DNA from: Nitrospinaceae bacterium
GTDB lineage: Bacteria; Nitrospinota; Nitrospinia; Nitrospinales; Nitrospinaceae
DNA length: 64,000 nucleotides
Assembly (NCBI GenBank): GCA_965223665.1
Contig: OZ245011.1
Span: 288,001-352,000 of the forward strand
Direction of reading: 5' to 3'
Under the pieces are notes generated by a model that did not search any database, was not told the origin of the DNA, and saw only the letters and a program-made list of their open reading frames with translations. Each line of letters starts with the position of its first letter. Positions within the stretch are counted from its first letter, which is position 1. Positions 51,906 to 60,102 of this stretch are shown here, piece by piece. Position numbers and translations under genes: made by a program.

Positions 51906-52274
51906 AGTAATAAATTTGATCCTTAAAAATAATTAAGTTGAGTTGCCTATCCTCAATACCCTTTGCAAATGACTCTCTTCACATTCTATTTATAAGAAAC
52001 AATAGTTGTTTGGTCAAGAAGAAAAGCTTCATAAGTCCTTATAAACAAAGGAGTTCTAATGAACCTTGAATGTAATTGTTATGGGAGAATGGAAGTGTTT
52101 TTTTTAGAAAAAATATTTAATTTTAGAAAGCGTCACGTTATATAATCGAATTGGATTGAATATACCCGGATTTGAAATACGCCCAAAGGAGAGGGAGTTT
52201 TAACAGTAAATAATATTTTCTGGGAAATAAAATGTAAGTCTTTGTAGATATCTTTTTTCTCCAAGAGAATTTAA

Positions 52275-52823
52275 ATGAAAAAATATTTTCAAATTTTTGT
52301 GTTTTTGAACCTAGTTTTTCTCGTTGGTTGTATGCATCCAATATCAAAAACTCTTCGTGACCAAACGGATCCCAAGGTAACTTTTGGTCAAATTCGCAAT
52401 AATGTGGATGCTCATGTTGGGAAAAAAGTTGTTTGGGGAGGTACCATTGTCGAAACACGAAACTTGGAAAGTGGAACTGAGGTGGAGGTAGTTCAACATA
52501 AACTAGATTCTTTTGGTTATCCTGAATCTGGAGATCAAACCGCAGGAAGATTTATATTTAAATATCGGGAATTCCTTGAGCCAGAAATTTATTCTAATGA
52601 AAGGCACGTGACGGGTGCTGGTACCGTGATAGGAACAAAGTCAGGAAAAGTAGGTGAAACAAATTACGAGTTTCCTGTGGTAGAGGTTGAGGAATTACAT
52701 TTGTGGGAAAAAAGGTATCCTGACTGGGGTTATCCTTATTCAAATTTTGGGTTTTTCTGGGGGTATCCTGGATATTACGGACCCTATTATGGTCGTTTTG
52801 GCAGAAGCTATTACTTTTGGTAA
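52275..52823 (+). CDS. Slp-family outer-membrane lipoprotein
   Basis: Lipobox LVGC, VVWGGTIV, GRFI..FLEPEIY, YEFPVV..LHLW, Tyr/Gly-rich tail. Confidence 0.88.
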   Translation: MKKYFQIFVFLNLVFLVGCMHPISKTLRDQTDPKVTFGQIRNNVDAHVGKKVVWGGTIVETRNLESGTEVEVVQHKLDSFGYPESGDQTAGRFIFKYREFLEPEIYSNERHVTGAGTVIGTKSGKVGETNYEFPVVEVEELHLWEKRYPDWGYPYSNFGFFWGYPGYYGPYYGRFGRSYYFW

Positions 52824-52877
52824 TTTGTAAAAAAATTTTCTCCTTTTAAAAATCCCTATCTTCAAACACCATTTGAT

Positions 52878-53663
52878 TTAATTATTTAATGAAACTTCTC
52901 CGCTTCCAAAATGCAAGGTTTCACCGGAATCTGAAATTATAATTAAATTTCCTTGTTCATCAATATTTTGAGCAATCCCTTTTATTTTTTTTTGTCCCTG
53001 GCTTAATATAACCTTTCTACCGAACACATCAGTATTAGCTTTCCATGTTTCCAAAATGGATTTCGCACCTGTCTCCTTAAAGTTTTTGTAATATAGTTCT
53101 ATTTGGCGCAGAAGGGCTTGAATAAAATCGAGCACTTGAACCTGATTCCCATTTTCTATAAGCAGGGATGTGGCAGTTTGGTCAATAGGGGAAGGGAATT
53201 GGGAATGGTTTAAATTTACACCAATTCCAACAATGACTGCTTTTTGGTTGAGTCGGGAAATATTTTCGGTAAGGATTCCGCTTACTTTTTTATTATTAAT
53301 TAAAACATCATTGGGCCACTTAAGAGTTCCGGGTTTATTACTAAATTGATTGATGGTTTTAACTACAGCTACACCGGCCATTAAAGTAAAAATAGGTAGG
53401 TTATTAAAATTAAATGGGTAGTAAAATAAAATGGAACAATATAGTCCTGATTTTTTTTCTGAGTGCCAGGCTCGACCAAACCGTCCTTTTCCTTGAGTTT
53501 GGCTATCTGCCAACACTACAGTCCCATTTGGAGGATCCTCATTAATTAACTTCTTTAGGATTTCATTTGTTGAATCGACCACTTCATAGCAAATAATTTT
53601 AGAGCCAACCAATTGGCCCTTTATGGAATTAGGTACCCTTAATATATTTTTGTAATAAGACAT
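52878..53663 (-). CDS. birA: Biotin-protein ligase without N-terminal HTH (group I)
   Basis: DSTN, QTQGKGRFGRAW, KWPND, KVSGILTE, GIGVN, SGEVS. Confidence 0.93.
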   Translation of the reverse strand: MSYYKNILRVPNSIKGQLVGSKIICYEVVDSTNEILKKLINEDPPNGTVVLADSQTQGKGRFGRAWHSEKKSGLYCSILFYYPFNFNNLPIFTLMAGVAVVKTINQFSNKPGTLKWPNDVLINNKKVSGILTENISRLNQKAVIVGIGVNLNHSQFPSPIDQTATSLLIENGNQVQVLDFIQALLRQIELYYKNFKETGAKSILETWKANTDVFGRKVILSQGQKKIKGIAQNIDEQGNLIIISDSGETLHFGSGEVSLNN

Positions 53664-53740
53664 AAGAGAATTTTCGAAAATTCCGTTATAATCAAAAGAA
53701 AATATTAATTTACTTAAAATATCAGAAAAAAATAATATTT

Positions 53741-54262
53741 ATGGAATCTTACAAGCGCGCCTGCCGTTATTTCTACTATCGATTTATACGCTTGCAAGCC
53801 AGTCCAGAGAATTTGGCTCGGGGGGTGGCATTGGGACTTTTTATAAGTACCACGCCTACCATGGGCTTTCAAACCTTTATTGCCTTGTTTTTTGCTGCTA
53901 TGTTGCGGTGCAGCAAAATGTGTGCAGTTGTGGCCGCCCAGTTTACCAATGCAATAACCGCCCCTTTTATATATGCGGGAACTTACTATTTAGGTGCTAA
54001 AATTTTGGATGAATCCCTTCCTGAAAACCAACTCGATAATTTCTCCCTTCAAACGTTATGGGATATGGGTCCTTCTGTATTTAATTCCCTTTGGGTAGGG
54101 GGGTTAATAATAGGAACCCTATTAGCCATAATAGGATATTTTGTGGTATTGGGAATAGACGTAAAGGCACATAGACAAATTATTCGGGCCAGATATCAGG
54201 CAAAAAGGCAAATGGAGCGTATTAAGCGAAAAAATGCCCCCGCCCTTGAAAAAATTGATTGA
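53741..54262 (+). CDS. DUF2062-family membrane protein
   Basis: SPENLARGVALGLF..TP..GFQ, TNAITAPFIY, LWVGG. Confidence 0.85.
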   Translation: MESYKRACRYFYYRFIRLQASPENLARGVALGLFISTTPTMGFQTFIALFFAAMLRCSKMCAVVAAQFTNAITAPFIYAGTYYLGAKILDESLPENQLDNFSLQTLWDMGPSVFNSLWVGGLIIGTLLAIIGYFVVLGIDVKAHRQIIRARYQAKRQMERIKRKNAPALEKID

Positions 54263-54341
54263 ATTGTTTGAGAAATATTGATAAAAAGCAGATTCCCAAT
54301 TGGGAGGAGCCTAGGTTTGTCGAACAATGAGGAGATTTTTA

Positions 54342-54512
54342 ATGAAAAAGTTGTTGATCTTAATAGCATTAGCAATGTTTGCCTTGAGCAATGTTGGGTG
54401 TGGAGATATTTCAGGAGAATGTGCTCACGGGGTTTGTAAAGAAAGTTACTACAAGGAAAAGGGTTCACCTGATAATCCTAAGCCTGCCGAAGGTGAAGCA
54501 GCCAAAGAATAA
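54342..54512 (+). CDS. Small lipoprotein (56 aa)
   Basis: GAGGAG RBS, MKK plus hydrophobic stretch and lipobox NVGC; mature part contains CAHGVC. Confidence 0.75.
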   Translation: MKKLLILIALAMFALSNVGCGDISGECAHGVCKESYYKEKGSPDNPKPAEGEAAKE

Positions 54513-54613
54513 GTATTATTTTTCTCCTTGCCCATTCAGGTAACCTGGTAAAGGGGAAATACATCGGCCGTAAAATTTAATTTTAAAAATGACATTGGGT
54601 AGAGTTCATTGAA

Positions 54614-54646
54614 AAACCTGCACGGGGAAAGTGCGGGTTTTTTTTT
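54614..54646 (+). terminator. Intrinsic terminator
   Basis: AAACCTGCAC-GGGGAAA-GTGCGGGTTT stem-loop, with a T9 run starting in the stem base. Confidence 0.8.
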
Positions 54647-54765
54647 GAAACTTAGTTGAAGGCGTTTGAATTTTCTAACAACCCAGGCGGCGGCAATGCT
54701 ACAATATGCCAATCTAGGATTTTCCAATTTTTTAAATACAATAAAATTTTTTATTGGAAGGAACT

Positions 54766-55098
54766 ATGTCTAGACCACCAACTACTGTTGAGCATGTAAG
54801 GCAATCCCAAGAACACTTTAAAAGTGGGATGGATTTGCACAAAGAACAAAAGTATAAAGAAGCTATTGAAGAATTTAAGAAAGGAGCTGAAATTAATCCT
54901 TTTGAAGAAAATCATATTAAAGAACTAACTCAAAGGCTTAAAGCAATGTCAGCTAAACTGGTTCAAGAGAGTACGGCATACATGGGATGTGCAGCGGTTC
55001 ATCTAAATGAATTAATTCGTGAGTTAAGTGAAGATGAATGTCAGCAAGTTCCAATTGATGAGTCTTTACAGAAAGCTTTTGACTCTTGGAATGAATAA
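54766..55098 (+). CDS. Hypothetical TPR-like protein
   Basis: HFKSGMDLHKEQKYKEAIEEFKKGAEINP TPR pattern; AAGGA RBS before ATG 54766. Confidence 0.7.
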   Translation: MSRPPTTVEHVRQSQEHFKSGMDLHKEQKYKEAIEEFKKGAEINPFEENHIKELTQRLKAMSAKLVQESTAYMGCAAVHLNELIRELSEDECQQVPIDESLQKAFDSWNE

Positions 55099-55115
55099 AA
55101 AATGGATAGGCAAAA

Positions 55116-56318
55116 ATGGACCAAGAAGTTTTATATAATGTTTTCCGACAGGAAATAAGGGAAAGAAAAATTCCTTTGAGTTTGGGTAAAACCTGCCCAG
55201 TTAAGTGTGCTTTTTGTTATGAAAAGGACCACAGTTATAGGCCAACCATTGATCCACCCCGCACGACAGAAGAACATTGGAAATTTATGTTGAAAGAAAT
55301 TCAAAGCTATCCTACGAAACCGGGAGAAGCTTGGTTGTTGGGTGGAAACGAATACATGGAATGGACAGATATTTTTTTACATCCAAAAGCAATGGATTGG
55401 CTTGAAGAATTTTTAGACACTACAGATAAAATGATAGTGTTCTTTACTGTCGGTTATGTGCAGCCCGAAAGAATAAATTACTTAGTTGAAAAGTATCCGG
55501 GGCGGATAAACTTTGAATTATCTGTCATAACTATGGGTGAGCACAGGAAAAAATTGATGCCACATGCCCCTACTGTGGATCATTTATTTAAAATTCTAGA
55601 TGGTCCTGCAGTAACTTCCGCCAATTTTTATTCTTTTGGTCCAAATACGATGTCAGAAGATGCAAAAACCATTTCAAGAATTAATAAAAATTGTTTATTG
55701 TGGATGGGATGTTTAACTCCTTTAAAGTATATAGATTCGGATACCAGTAGTTTAATGCGGGAAGGAAGAAAGTTTTTGCCCGAAGAGGCCAAGAAAATTT
55801 ATTTTGAAGATTACCCAAATACAAAGATGATCCATACTGAGTCGTATATTTCCGTTTTTCTTGCCCGGCAAAAAATACTAAAAACTTTTGATGCATGTGA
55901 ATTAGAAAAAAAGGATACCGTAGTGGTTTCTGCCAGCCTTTACAAATTACTAACGTTGTTAAGAAAAAATAGAGCAAAGTATCTTTTTGTACCTAATCAC
56001 ACTTTAGGAGGCGATTCTGATTGTGCCACCTTATTAACATTCGATGATGTGACTCGTAGGTTGACACATGAATCTCAAGTGTATCTTCCTCAGGTAATCA
56101 TGGAACATCCTTCTAATGTTGAAAAGGATATCACTGGAACTACATTTGAGGAATTTAAAACTAGATTTCCACGGACAAGATTTCGGGTTTTGAAAAAGGT
56201 TAATTCTAAATTATCTAATAAAAAACTTTATGAAAAAGGCTATCTTAAAAATTACGTGGAAGATTATCTAGGGCACCCTCTAGCAAAAAAAATTGCAGAT
56301 GTTCCCCTCCCTAATTAA
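55116..56318 (+). CDS. Radical SAM protein with DUF512-like C-terminus
   Basis: CPVKCAFC; C-terminal VPNHTLGGDSDCATLLTFDD resembles the DUF512 N-x-x-x-GG...LLT-x-x-D pattern. Confidence 0.75.
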   Translation: MDQEVLYNVFRQEIRERKIPLSLGKTCPVKCAFCYEKDHSYRPTIDPPRTTEEHWKFMLKEIQSYPTKPGEAWLLGGNEYMEWTDIFLHPKAMDWLEEFLDTTDKMIVFFTVGYVQPERINYLVEKYPGRINFELSVITMGEHRKKLMPHAPTVDHLFKILDGPAVTSANFYSFGPNTMSEDAKTISRINKNCLLWMGCLTPLKYIDSDTSSLMREGRKFLPEEAKKIYFEDYPNTKMIHTESYISVFLARQKILKTFDACELEKKDTVVVSASLYKLLTLLRKNRAKYLFVPNHTLGGDSDCATLLTFDDVTRRLTHESQVYLPQVIMEHPSNVEKDITGTTFEEFKTRFPRTRFRVLKKVNSKLSNKKLYEKGYLKNYVEDYLGHPLAKKIADVPLPN

Positions 56319-56427
56319 AATAAGCGCAATTTAATTCCGTAAAATTTGTATATAAGTTACCAGATAAAATGAACTGGAGGTCTTGTCATGCTTCCCGATA
56401 AGCCTCGGTATCCAAAGGGGGAGGACA

Positions 56428-56616
56428 ATGAAATATTGGTTAAAAGTTGTATTTATCGATAATAGTGAGTTGAAATTAGATGATACTGAAAAACATTTTA
56501 TTAGTGATGATTTAGAGATTTTAGAAATTACAACTGAAAAGGAAGTATTTATTGTTCCAGTGCGTCAAATAAAATACATTTCTTGTGATTCTAAAATTTT
56601 CAAAGAGGGAACTTAG
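56428..56616 (+). CDS. Small hypothetical beta-rich protein
   Basis: Strong GGGGAGG RBS before ATG 56428; 62 aa. Confidence 0.7.
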   Translation: MKYWLKVVFIDNSELKLDDTEKHFISDDLEILEITTEKEVFIVPVRQIKYISCDSKIFKEGT

Positions 56617-56656
56617 AGTACTCTTAAGAATGTCTAAAAAACTAGTTTGGAATTTT

Positions 56657-57073
56657 TTAGAACTTTATTCGCGCTTTTTTTAACCAAGAATCTTGGTCGA
56701 AATTAGACTGACAAAATTCTTGAAACAATTTTTCATGATCCGTTAAACTTTGACCATCAATTTTTTGTTCGGAATTTTCCATTGGAATATGGCCAAACTC
56801 TAAAACAGTCCTTGGTTTAGGTGGTTCTCCAGCAGGTTCCAATTTGTAAATCGGATCATTTGGAGTTTTGGGGTTAAGGTGTGAGTTTAATTCTTCCAAA
56901 CTTAATAACAGGTTCACCACAGAAGACTTTTTGATTAAATCTTCTTTATCCAGTTGTTTAAGAAGTAATTTAATCTCTCCTGAGGAAGTGATAGCATTCA
57001 TAATTGCCCCGCTAAGCTTCTCAAAAAATTCATCGGCTTTTGCGTTGTCAGGCTCCATAAAAGTACCCTCCAT
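56657..57073 (-). CDS. Hypothetical protein
   Basis: 138-aa ORF (the start may be the second Met, after GGAGG); sigma54-type promoter upstream. Confidence 0.7.
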   Translation of the reverse strand: MEGTFMEPDNAKADEFFEKLSGAIMNAITSSGEIKLLLKQLDKEDLIKKSSVVNLLLSLEELNSHLNPKTPNDPIYKLEPAGEPPKPRTVLEFGHIPMENSEQKIDGQSLTDHEKLFQEFCQSNFDQDSWLKKARIKF

Positions 57074-57129
57074 TTGTCAACAAATTATGGATTTATATTA
57101 TAACCCCATGTTTTTAGAAATAGAATAGA

Positions 57130-57145
57130 AGCAATTAGTATGCCG
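57130..57145 (-). promoter_or_regulatory. sigma54 (-24/-12) promoter
   Basis: Minus strand CGGCATACTAATTGCT: GG-N10-GC, matching YGGCAY-N5-TTGCW. Confidence 0.75.
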
Positions 57146-57164
57146 CTGGAAGAATCTTGGGGCT

Positions 57165-57190
57165 TTCAAAAATAAGTCATTATTTTTGAA
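57165..57190. repeat. Perfect 11-bp inverted repeat with 4-nt spacer
   Basis: TTCAAAAATAA-GTCA-TTATTTTTGAA. Confidence 0.7.
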
Positions 57191-57453
57191 TAAGTTCTTG
57201 GAATTTATGAACATTACTTTTAGCAAAGATTTTTAAATAGGTCAAATATTTAATACCTTTTTTTAGGAAAAAATTTCCCAATCCAATCCCGGGTAATTCC
57301 AAAATTTAAGTAGGGGTAAATTTCTTTAGTAAGAAATATCATTTTTGTACCGAGTGTGTGTCTTGACTATTAGCTCAATAACTTATAATATCGTTTCAAT
57401 AAAAGAAATAAGCTCCTATTTTATATAAAGTTATTCCAATCCTTGAAATTCTA

Positions 57454-58428
57454 ATGCCTTTCCCCATTCATAGACCGAGAAGATTAAGAAAAACCCTGGC
57501 TATAGAAGATATGGTAAGAGAAACCTCTCTATCCGTCCAGAATTTGATTTGTCCGATTTTTGTTTGTGAAGGTAAAGGAAAGAAGGATGAGATTAAATCG
57601 ATGCCAGGGGTGTATCGATTTTCTCTGGATAATTTGGTAGAAGAAGTTAAAGAAATTAAATCGCTAAATATTCCTGCCATAATCCTATTTGGAATTCCTG
57701 ATAGAAAAGATTCTTTGGGCTCGGAGGCTTACAATCCAAATGGCATTGTTCAGAGGGCAATTAAGGAAATAAAGTCTTCTGTACCGGATTTAGTAGTTAT
57801 AACGGATGTTTGTATAGACGAATATACAGATCATGGTCATTGTGGATTAATTGAAGGAAACGAGATTTTAAATGATCCGACATTGGAACTTTTAGCTAAG
57901 ATGGCCAAAACCCATGCAGATTCTGGAGCAGATATTGTTGCCCCCTCAGATATGATGGACGGTAGGGTTAAAGCAATACGAGAGGTGCTGGATTCGAATG
58001 GACATATAAACACCATAATTATGTCTTATGCTGCAAAATATGCCTCAGCCTTTTATGGGCCCTTTAGAGATGCCGCTGATTCAGCACCCCAATTTGGTGA
58101 CCGCTGTTCTTATCAAATGGACCCAGGGAATAGTGATGAAGCACTGCGTGAGGTATCAGAGGATATAAGTGAAGGGGCAGATATTGTGATGGTGAAACCT
58201 GCTTTAGCCTATTTAGATATTATTTATAGGGTTCGTAAGGAGTTTAGAGTCCCAGTTGCTGCATATAATGTTAGCGGTGAGTATTCAATTGTTAAGGCTG
58301 GAGCGGAGAAAAATTGGATAGATGGTGTACGAGTCATGATGGAGATTTTATTAAGTATAAAAAGGGCAGGGGCGCAAATGATATTGACTTATGCTGCAAA
58401 AGAAGCCGCCAAAATTCTTAACGATTAA
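57454..58428 (+). CDS. hemB: Porphobilinogen synthase
   Basis: [45 protein letters not shown]. Confidence 0.97.
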   Translation: MPFPIHRPRRLRKTLAIEDMVRETSLSVQNLICPIFVCEGKGKKDEIKSMPGVYRFSLDNLVEEVKEIKSLNIPAIILFGIPDRKDSLGSEAYNPNGIVQRAIKEIKSSVPDLVVITDVCIDEYTDHGHCGLIEGNEILNDPTLELLAKMAKTHADSGADIVAPSDMMDGRVKAIREVLDSNGHINTIIMSYAAKYASAFYGPFRDAADSAPQFGDRCSYQMDPGNSDEALREVSEDISEGADIVMVKPALAYLDIIYRVRKEFRVPVAAYNVSGEYSIVKAGAEKNWIDGVRVMMEILLSIKRAGAQMILTYAAKEAAKILND

Positions 58429-58471
58429 ATTCTTAAACAAAATTTTTTAAAAAACAATTTGGGAAGTCTAT

Positions 58472-58501
58472 TTGAAAATCAGAGGATTTCCTCAGTATAA
58501 T
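58472..58501 (+). promoter_or_regulatory. Putative sigma70 promoter with internal palindrome
   Basis: TTGAAA-N18-TATAAT; the spacer contains GAGGA-TT-TCCTC (58482-58493). Confidence 0.5.
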
Positions 58502-58536
58502 TATTCCGAGGTTTAGTTTAGAAAGGAGCAGTTCTG

Positions 58537-59187
58537 ATGTCAATTTTGGCGCAAAATATAAAAACGATCCGGAAGGAATTAAAATGTACTCAATCCTCAA
58601 TGTCCGATATTCTAAAGGTCGGGTTTAGGACATATGTCCGATATGAAGCAGGGGAAAGAGATGCTCCGGTTTCAGTCCTTGTGAAGTTAGCGCGCTTAGG
58701 AAACATTTCCTTAGAACAATTACTGACCCAGAAAATAAATAAGGAGAACGTAGTTCCAATTGATGTAGAGACATTGGATATTTCTTCTCCGGAAGTCAAA
58801 TCAGTGAATTTTAAAACAGGAAAAATTCTTTTTAAGAAGCCAAGTAGAGAAGAAATGTTAGCGGCTCATGAATCTGAAAAAGTAGCGCTATCCCTATTTC
58901 GTAAAATGTCCGATAGTGATCAAAAGCGTTTTATTAAGGAAATTGAGAAAAAATATAAATCCGCACGAGTAAATATTAAATCAATTGTTCCGGCTTCAAG
59001 ATTAAAACAAGATAGAAAATTGGTTCCGGATGAGGAACCTAAGGTAACTAAATCTCCTGCTAAACCCAAACTATCAAAAAGAAAAGGTAAACCTGGAAGG
59101 CGAAAATTGGATAGAAAAGCATTGAGAGAAAAAGTGGAGAGTTTGAGAAAAGTTACGCAAACAGTAAAAAAAATTACCGTGAGATGA
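58537..59187 (+). CDS. XRE/Cro-family HTH regulator with basic C-terminal tail
   Basis: NIKTIRKELKCTQSSMSDILKVGFRTYVRYEAGERD..LVKLA..ISLEQLL. Confidence 0.85.
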   Translation: MSILAQNIKTIRKELKCTQSSMSDILKVGFRTYVRYEAGERDAPVSVLVKLARLGNISLEQLLTQKINKENVVPIDVETLDISSPEVKSVNFKTGKILFKKPSREEMLAAHESEKVALSLFRKMSDSDQKRFIKEIEKKYKSARVNIKSIVPASRLKQDRKLVPDEEPKVTKSPAKPKLSKRKGKPGRRKLDRKALREKVESLRKVTQTVKKITVR

Positions 59188-59191
59188 TACT

Positions 59192-60085
59192 TTGAAAAAT
59201 TCTGGTGTTTGGGGAAATATAAATGGAGTTGCTTTTTTCTTTATTTTATTTCTCTTGGTTATTTTGGAATTTGGCACTCAAATGATCGAAAAGGGGGTGG
59301 GCCATTATTTAAAATGGCAAAATCACCTTAGGCCTCAATTAGGGAGAATTTGGGAAAAAGATCGTCAAAATATAATGGCTCAAAAGAAAATTGAATCCAT
59401 TTTAGCGAGTCTAAATATTCAAGAACGATCCGCGGAGTCTATTCAATCCTTTAAAGATCTCTTTGAACAATTAAACCCCTCCTTTCCTCAATTAATTTCA
59501 AGAAAGAAATTTTTGGAACTTTATTATGAATATCCCGGGGCTTGGTCCCATAAAATTGTTTCACCATATGATTTGGTAGAAATTGATTCACATAAAAATT
59601 GGAGAAGAGTTTTATTAACTCGATTCGGACCCTGGATTACCATGAGTTTTATTGACAGTCAAAATTTACCGATTAGGGAGATATTTATTTCTTATGAAAG
59701 TGTAGAACCTATTCAATCTACCCAAACCATTCAAAAAGGGACACTGGAAGAAAATAACTTTAGAAAAGAGTGGATATTTACTCTTCAAAACTATCTACTG
59801 ATGTTGAAAAAGTTGGATCCTGAAACCCGCAGTGAATTGTTACCGGATCCCAAGTGGTTTTTGAGTAAAAGGTACTTTATTTCCAGGGTTGGAATTAAAG
59901 AAGATCGTTCGGAAAATAAGTTCCCTCCTCCTTATGTTTTAGGGGTAGAATATGAAAGTGAGTTTTTTTCAGATGTTCTAATTTTGCCTGTACCTCCTGA
60001 AATGGCCACAAACTTATTATCCCAAATGGAAATGGCCTATTCCCATTCTGAAAATCCTAGTAATTCTCCGTTTCAAGAGTTCTAG
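59192..60085 (+). CDS. Hypothetical protein with N-terminal TM helix
   Basis: 297-aa ORF tightly packed between the XRE gene and PBP1A. Confidence 0.7.
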   Translation: MKNSGVWGNINGVAFFFILFLLVILEFGTQMIEKGVGHYLKWQNHLRPQLGRIWEKDRQNIMAQKKIESILASLNIQERSAESIQSFKDLFEQLNPSFPQLISRKKFLELYYEYPGAWSHKIVSPYDLVEIDSHKNWRRVLLTRFGPWITMSFIDSQNLPIREIFISYESVEPIQSTQTIQKGTLEENNFRKEWIFTLQNYLLMLKKLDPETRSELLPDPKWFLSKRYFISRVGIKEDRSENKFPPPYVLGVEYESEFFSDVLILPVPPEMATNLLSQMEMAYSHSENPSNSPFQEF

Positions 60086-60102
60086 AAATTTGGAGTTTCA
60101 TC

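Noticed and set aside
52138-52458. 106-aa minus-strand ORF
   Set aside because: It overlaps the slp-like gene in antisense and has no recognisable features.
54485-54505. CCGAAGGTGAAGCAGCC resembling the SRP RNA loop
   Set aside because: It lies inside the lipoprotein CDS and lacks the TCAGG element and the flanking helix.
54527-54696. 6S RNA or HDV-like ribozyme assignment
   Set aside because: GCGGCGGCA and GAATGGG resemble these families, but the arms are asymmetric and the required pairings are missing. It is kept only as an unassigned candidate.
57165-57190. Xer/dif-like recombination site
   Set aside because: The arms are 11 bp but the spacer is 4 nt rather than 6; a regulator-binding site is more likely.
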